Positions 34,539-37,703 of a stretch of 37,703 nt of DNA are shown piece by piece. Position numbers and translations under genes: made by a program. Location of the stretch: NCBI GenBank assembly GCA_021778295.1, contig JAJYCP010000004.1, positions 1-37,703 of the forward strand. The letters run 5' to 3'. This DNA is from a bacterium (GTDB lineage Bacteria; Patescibacteriota; Minisyncoccia; Phycocordibacterales; Phycocordibacteraceae). The notes under the pieces were generated by a model, which saw nothing but the letters and a program-made list of their open reading frames with translations, was not told the DNA's origin and made no database searches. Position 1 is the stretch's first letter, and the number at the start of each line of letters is the position of its first letter.

Positions 34539-37500
34539 ATGCTGTGGCTGTGGAATTTTTTTCTTGAGAAGCGGCAGTTTAGTTACGTACTTATTGCGAC
34601 CTTGGTAGTCGCCGGTTCTTTTTCGCTCTTACAAATCCCAAAAGAGGTTGAGCCGCCTATCAATATCCCGGAAGGGGTCGTCGTAACGACGCTTCCGGGC
34701 GCGTCTGCTGCAGATATTGAAACGTTGATCACCAACAAGCTGGAAGACCAGATATCCGGCATCAGCAATATAGATACGATGACGTCGGTCTCCAGTAACG
34801 GCGTTTCGCAGATCACTGTGCAATTTCTGGCGAACGCAGACATCACTCAGTCCATTCAAGATCTTCGCGATGCGGTAGCGAAAGTCGTCCCGAACCTGCC
34901 CGCTGACGCTTCAACTCCTTCGGTAACCAAGATCAGTTTCTCCAACACACCAATTCTTATCGCCTCCGTGTCTTCTGACGTGCCGCCGCTCACGCTTTCT
35001 ACAGTCGGACAAACGGTGTCGGATGCCTTGAAACGCATTTCCGGTGTCTCCGACGTAAGCGTCACCGGCGTTCCCGACAGACAGGTTGATGTCGTCGTTG
35101 ATAAGAAAGCGCTTCTGTTATACGGATTGCAGATCTCGGATGTCATTTCCGCCATACAAACAAGCAATGCGACGCTGCCCATCGGGTCTATTTCCATGGA
35201 CGGCATTTCCTATAACGTAAATTTTAAAGGGAGCATCACCAATCCCGACACCATTCAAAACATAGTGGTCGCAAACAAAAACGGCACGCTCATTTATCTT
35301 CGCGATGTTGCAACGGTTTTTAACGGCCTCGCACCGGCAACGACTTATTCCCGCCTATCCATTCTCGGCGCGCCAAGCCAGAACGCGATCACTTTTTCTG
35401 TATACAAGCAATCGGGCGCATCTACCCAGGGGGTGGCGGACGCAGTACGGCAGGCACTCATCTCAATGGAAAAAACAACGCTGACGGGTTTTAACGTCTA
35501 CATCTCGCCTTCCACGGACATGGGGGTGCAGGTCGGCAAACAGTTGGGAGAGCTCGCCAAGACCGGCGTTGAGACGGTTGCGCTGGTCATTCTCGTCCTC
35601 TTGATCACCATCGGTTGGCGCGAAGCGATCGTCGCCGCGGTCTCTATTCCGCTTTCGTTCCTCATTGCCTTTATAGGCCTGTACTTCACGGGTAATTCAT
35701 TGAATTTCATTACGTTGTTCGCTCTCATTTTGGCGGTGGGCATTTTGGTAGACTCGGGCATCGTCGTGACCGAAGCCATTCATGCGCGCATGCGCGGGAA
35801 CGGCGACGCACTTGCCGCCGCACAGAAAGCGCTTGCAGATTATGCGTGGCCGCTCATCGCGGGTACGATGGCGACCGTCGCGGTGTTTTTGCCGCTCTTT
35901 TTCATCACCGGCATTATCGGCAAATTCATCGCCGGCATTCCGTATACGCTTATATTCGTGCTCCTGGCGTCGATTTTCGTTTCGCTCGGGTTGGTACCGC
36001 TCATCGCCATTCTTTTCAGCACGAAACGGAAAAATAAATTGACGATGCTGCAGGAAGCATACACCGACCGATTTACTGCATGGTACAAACGACTGTTGCG
36101 CACCATACTGGAGCATCGCCATACGCAAAAAATCTTCCTGCTGTCCTTGGGAGGACTCTTTCTGCTCTCCATTTCCCTTCCGCTATTTGGCTTGATACAG
36201 ACGGTCTTCTTGCCGCAAAGCAATCAGGATTATGTTTTTATCAATGTGACCGAACCCCAGGGAACCACGCTTGCGGTTACCGACAATGCCGTACGCCAGG
36301 TCGAGACGGTGCTGCGGCACGATCCTGACATCTACTCTTTCCAAACAACCGTGGGCCAGAGTTCGGCATTCACCGATATGCTGAGCGGGGGCGCAAACGG
36401 AAGTAACGTCGCGAACATCACCGTCAATTTGCCGCTTGGCCACGCAAAGACGAGCACCCAGGTGGTGAATGATCTGCAAAAAAGACTCACGCCTATCACC
36501 GATGCCACGATTCAAGTGCTGCAGGCAAGCGGCGGACCGCCGAGCAGCGCTCCCATACAAATCCAATTTGAAGGAAATAACCTCAATGATCTCATCACTG
36601 CCGCCGATAAGGGCGAACAATTGCTCGCAACCATTCCCCACGTGACGAATCTCACCAGTAGCACGCAAAACAACGGGACCGAATTTGACCTCACTATCGA
36701 CCGCTCGAAAGCGGCGGCACTCGGCGTGAATACGCTTCAGGTCGCGCAGACGCTCCACAGCGCTCTGCAGGGCACCAAAGCGATCAGCATCACTCAGCCG
36801 AACAAAAATATCGATGTTGTCGTCATGATGAATCTCAATTCGGCTTATACGAAGCCGTCCAACACCAATCAAACGACCATTGAGAGCATCAAAAATCTCA
36901 CCATTGAGGGTTCTAACGGACCCGTGTTGCTTGGATCCATTCTCACCGACTCGCTCGCGCAAAGCAACGCGAGTATCGCGCATAAAGATAAAGTGCGCGT
37001 GGAGACTGTCTCCGCATATCCTGATAGCCATACGACGGCATCGGCGGTGGTGAGCGCTTTCCAGAACCGCCTGAGTTCCCTCTCCCTGCCGCCCGGCGTC
37101 TCGGTCTCCTACGGAGGCGACACACAGAACATCAACCAATCATTTTCGCAAATGTTCGTGGCGCTCATCGCCGGTCTTGTGCTCATGTTTATGATCCTTA
37201 TCGTCGCGTTCAATTCGTTCCGCTATACGTTCTATCTCATCATGATCGTACCGCTTTCACTCATCGGCGTACTCGATGGATTGGCGCTTGTGGGACAGCC
37301 TATTTCTTTCTCTTCGCTTCTCGGTGTCATCGCACTCGGCGGCGTCATCATCAACCATGCGATTATTTTGATGGATTCAATGATCCATCGTTTGCGTGCG
37401 GCGCCCGACCTCCCGCTCATTGATGTCGTCATCGACTCGGCGGCAACCCGCTTGCGCCCTATCGTGCTCACGACCATTACCACCGTCATCGGCATGATCC

Positions 37501-37643
37501 CGCTGTCGCTGAGCAATCCGACGTGGGGACCGCTTGCTTTCAGTATTATGTTCGGACTTTCCTTTGCTATCGTCCTCACCCTCATACTCGTGCCGGTCTT
37601 GTTCTACCGTGCTCCCCACAAGACGCAGGCAACGTCTGCGTAA
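34539..37643 (+). CDS. AcrB/AcrD/AcrF-family RND permease
   Basis: 1034 aa; PGASAADIE..IT..LE, GILVDSGIVVTE and RLRPIVLTTITT motifs. Confidence 0.93.
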   Translation: MLWLWNFFLEKRQFSYVLIATLVVAGSFSLLQIPKEVEPPINIPEGVVVTTLPGASAADIETLITNKLEDQISGISNIDTMTSVSSNGVSQITVQFLANADITQSIQDLRDAVAKVVPNLPADASTPSVTKISFSNTPILIASVSSDVPPLTLSTVGQTVSDALKRISGVSDVSVTGVPDRQVDVVVDKKALLLYGLQISDVISAIQTSNATLPIGSISMDGISYNVNFKGSITNPDTIQNIVVANKNGTLIYLRDVATVFNGLAPATTYSRLSILGAPSQNAITFSVYKQSGASTQGVADAVRQALISMEKTTLTGFNVYISPSTDMGVQVGKQLGELAKTGVETVALVILVLLITIGWREAIVAAVSIPLSFLIAFIGLYFTGNSLNFITLFALILAVGILVDSGIVVTEAIHARMRGNGDALAAAQKALADYAWPLIAGTMATVAVFLPLFFITGIIGKFIAGIPYTLIFVLLASIFVSLGLVPLIAILFSTKRKNKLTMLQEAYTDRFTAWYKRLLRTILEHRHTQKIFLLSLGGLFLLSISLPLFGLIQTVFLPQSNQDYVFINVTEPQGTTLAVTDNAVRQVETVLRHDPDIYSFQTTVGQSSAFTDMLSGGANGSNVANITVNLPLGHAKTSTQVVNDLQKRLTPITDATIQVLQASGGPPSSAPIQIQFEGNNLNDLITAADKGEQLLATIPHVTNLTSSTQNNGTEFDLTIDRSKAAALGVNTLQVAQTLHSALQGTKAISITQPNKNIDVVVMMNLNSAYTKPSNTNQTTIESIKNLTIEGSNGPVLLGSILTDSLAQSNASIAHKDKVRVETVSAYPDSHTTASAVVSAFQNRLSSLSLPPGVSVSYGGDTQNINQSFSQMFVALIAGLVLMFMILIVAFNSFRYTFYLIMIVPLSLIGVLDGLALVGQPISFSSLLGVIALGGVIINHAIILMDSMIHRLRAAPDLPLIDVVIDSAATRLRPIVLTTITTVIGMIPLSLSNPTWGPLAFSIMFGLSFAIVLTLILVPVLFYRAPHKTQATSA

Positions 37644-37703
37644 ATTGCATTCTTAAAATCCGCGCGGGACTCTCCTTGGAGATTATTTAATCTTCTGCAG
37701 TGT

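Overview
The window looks like chromosomal DNA from a Patescibacteria (CPR), probably Parcubacteria-type, bacterium using the standard genetic code; this is inferred from gene content and style. Core genes include valS, tsaD, lepA, murJ, two RNA methyltransferases, a class II ribonucleotide reductase, glutaredoxin, Hsp20, PrsW, RNase P RNA, six tRNAs and a MarR-RND efflux operon. Three small accessory islets sit at tRNA 3' ends: (i) an ASCH-like gene, a divergent shikimate-dehydrogenase-family gene and a possible PD-(D/E)xK nuclease next to tRNA-Ser; (ii) a recombinase-like relic, a type IIIA H+-ATPase and a beta-propeller protein next to tRNA-Glu; (iii) an OmpR-type two-component system with a small acidic secreted repeat protein next to tRNA-Gly. 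The most unusual signals are a ~217-bp self-complementary, TA-bounded non-coding element present twice (405..620, 16351..16568), with a lone third end (18781..18824) that brackets the two-component cassette, and a window-wide signature of leaderless translation, including an ATG that directly abuts a tRNA's CCA. All calls come from motif recognition by eye; no searches were run.
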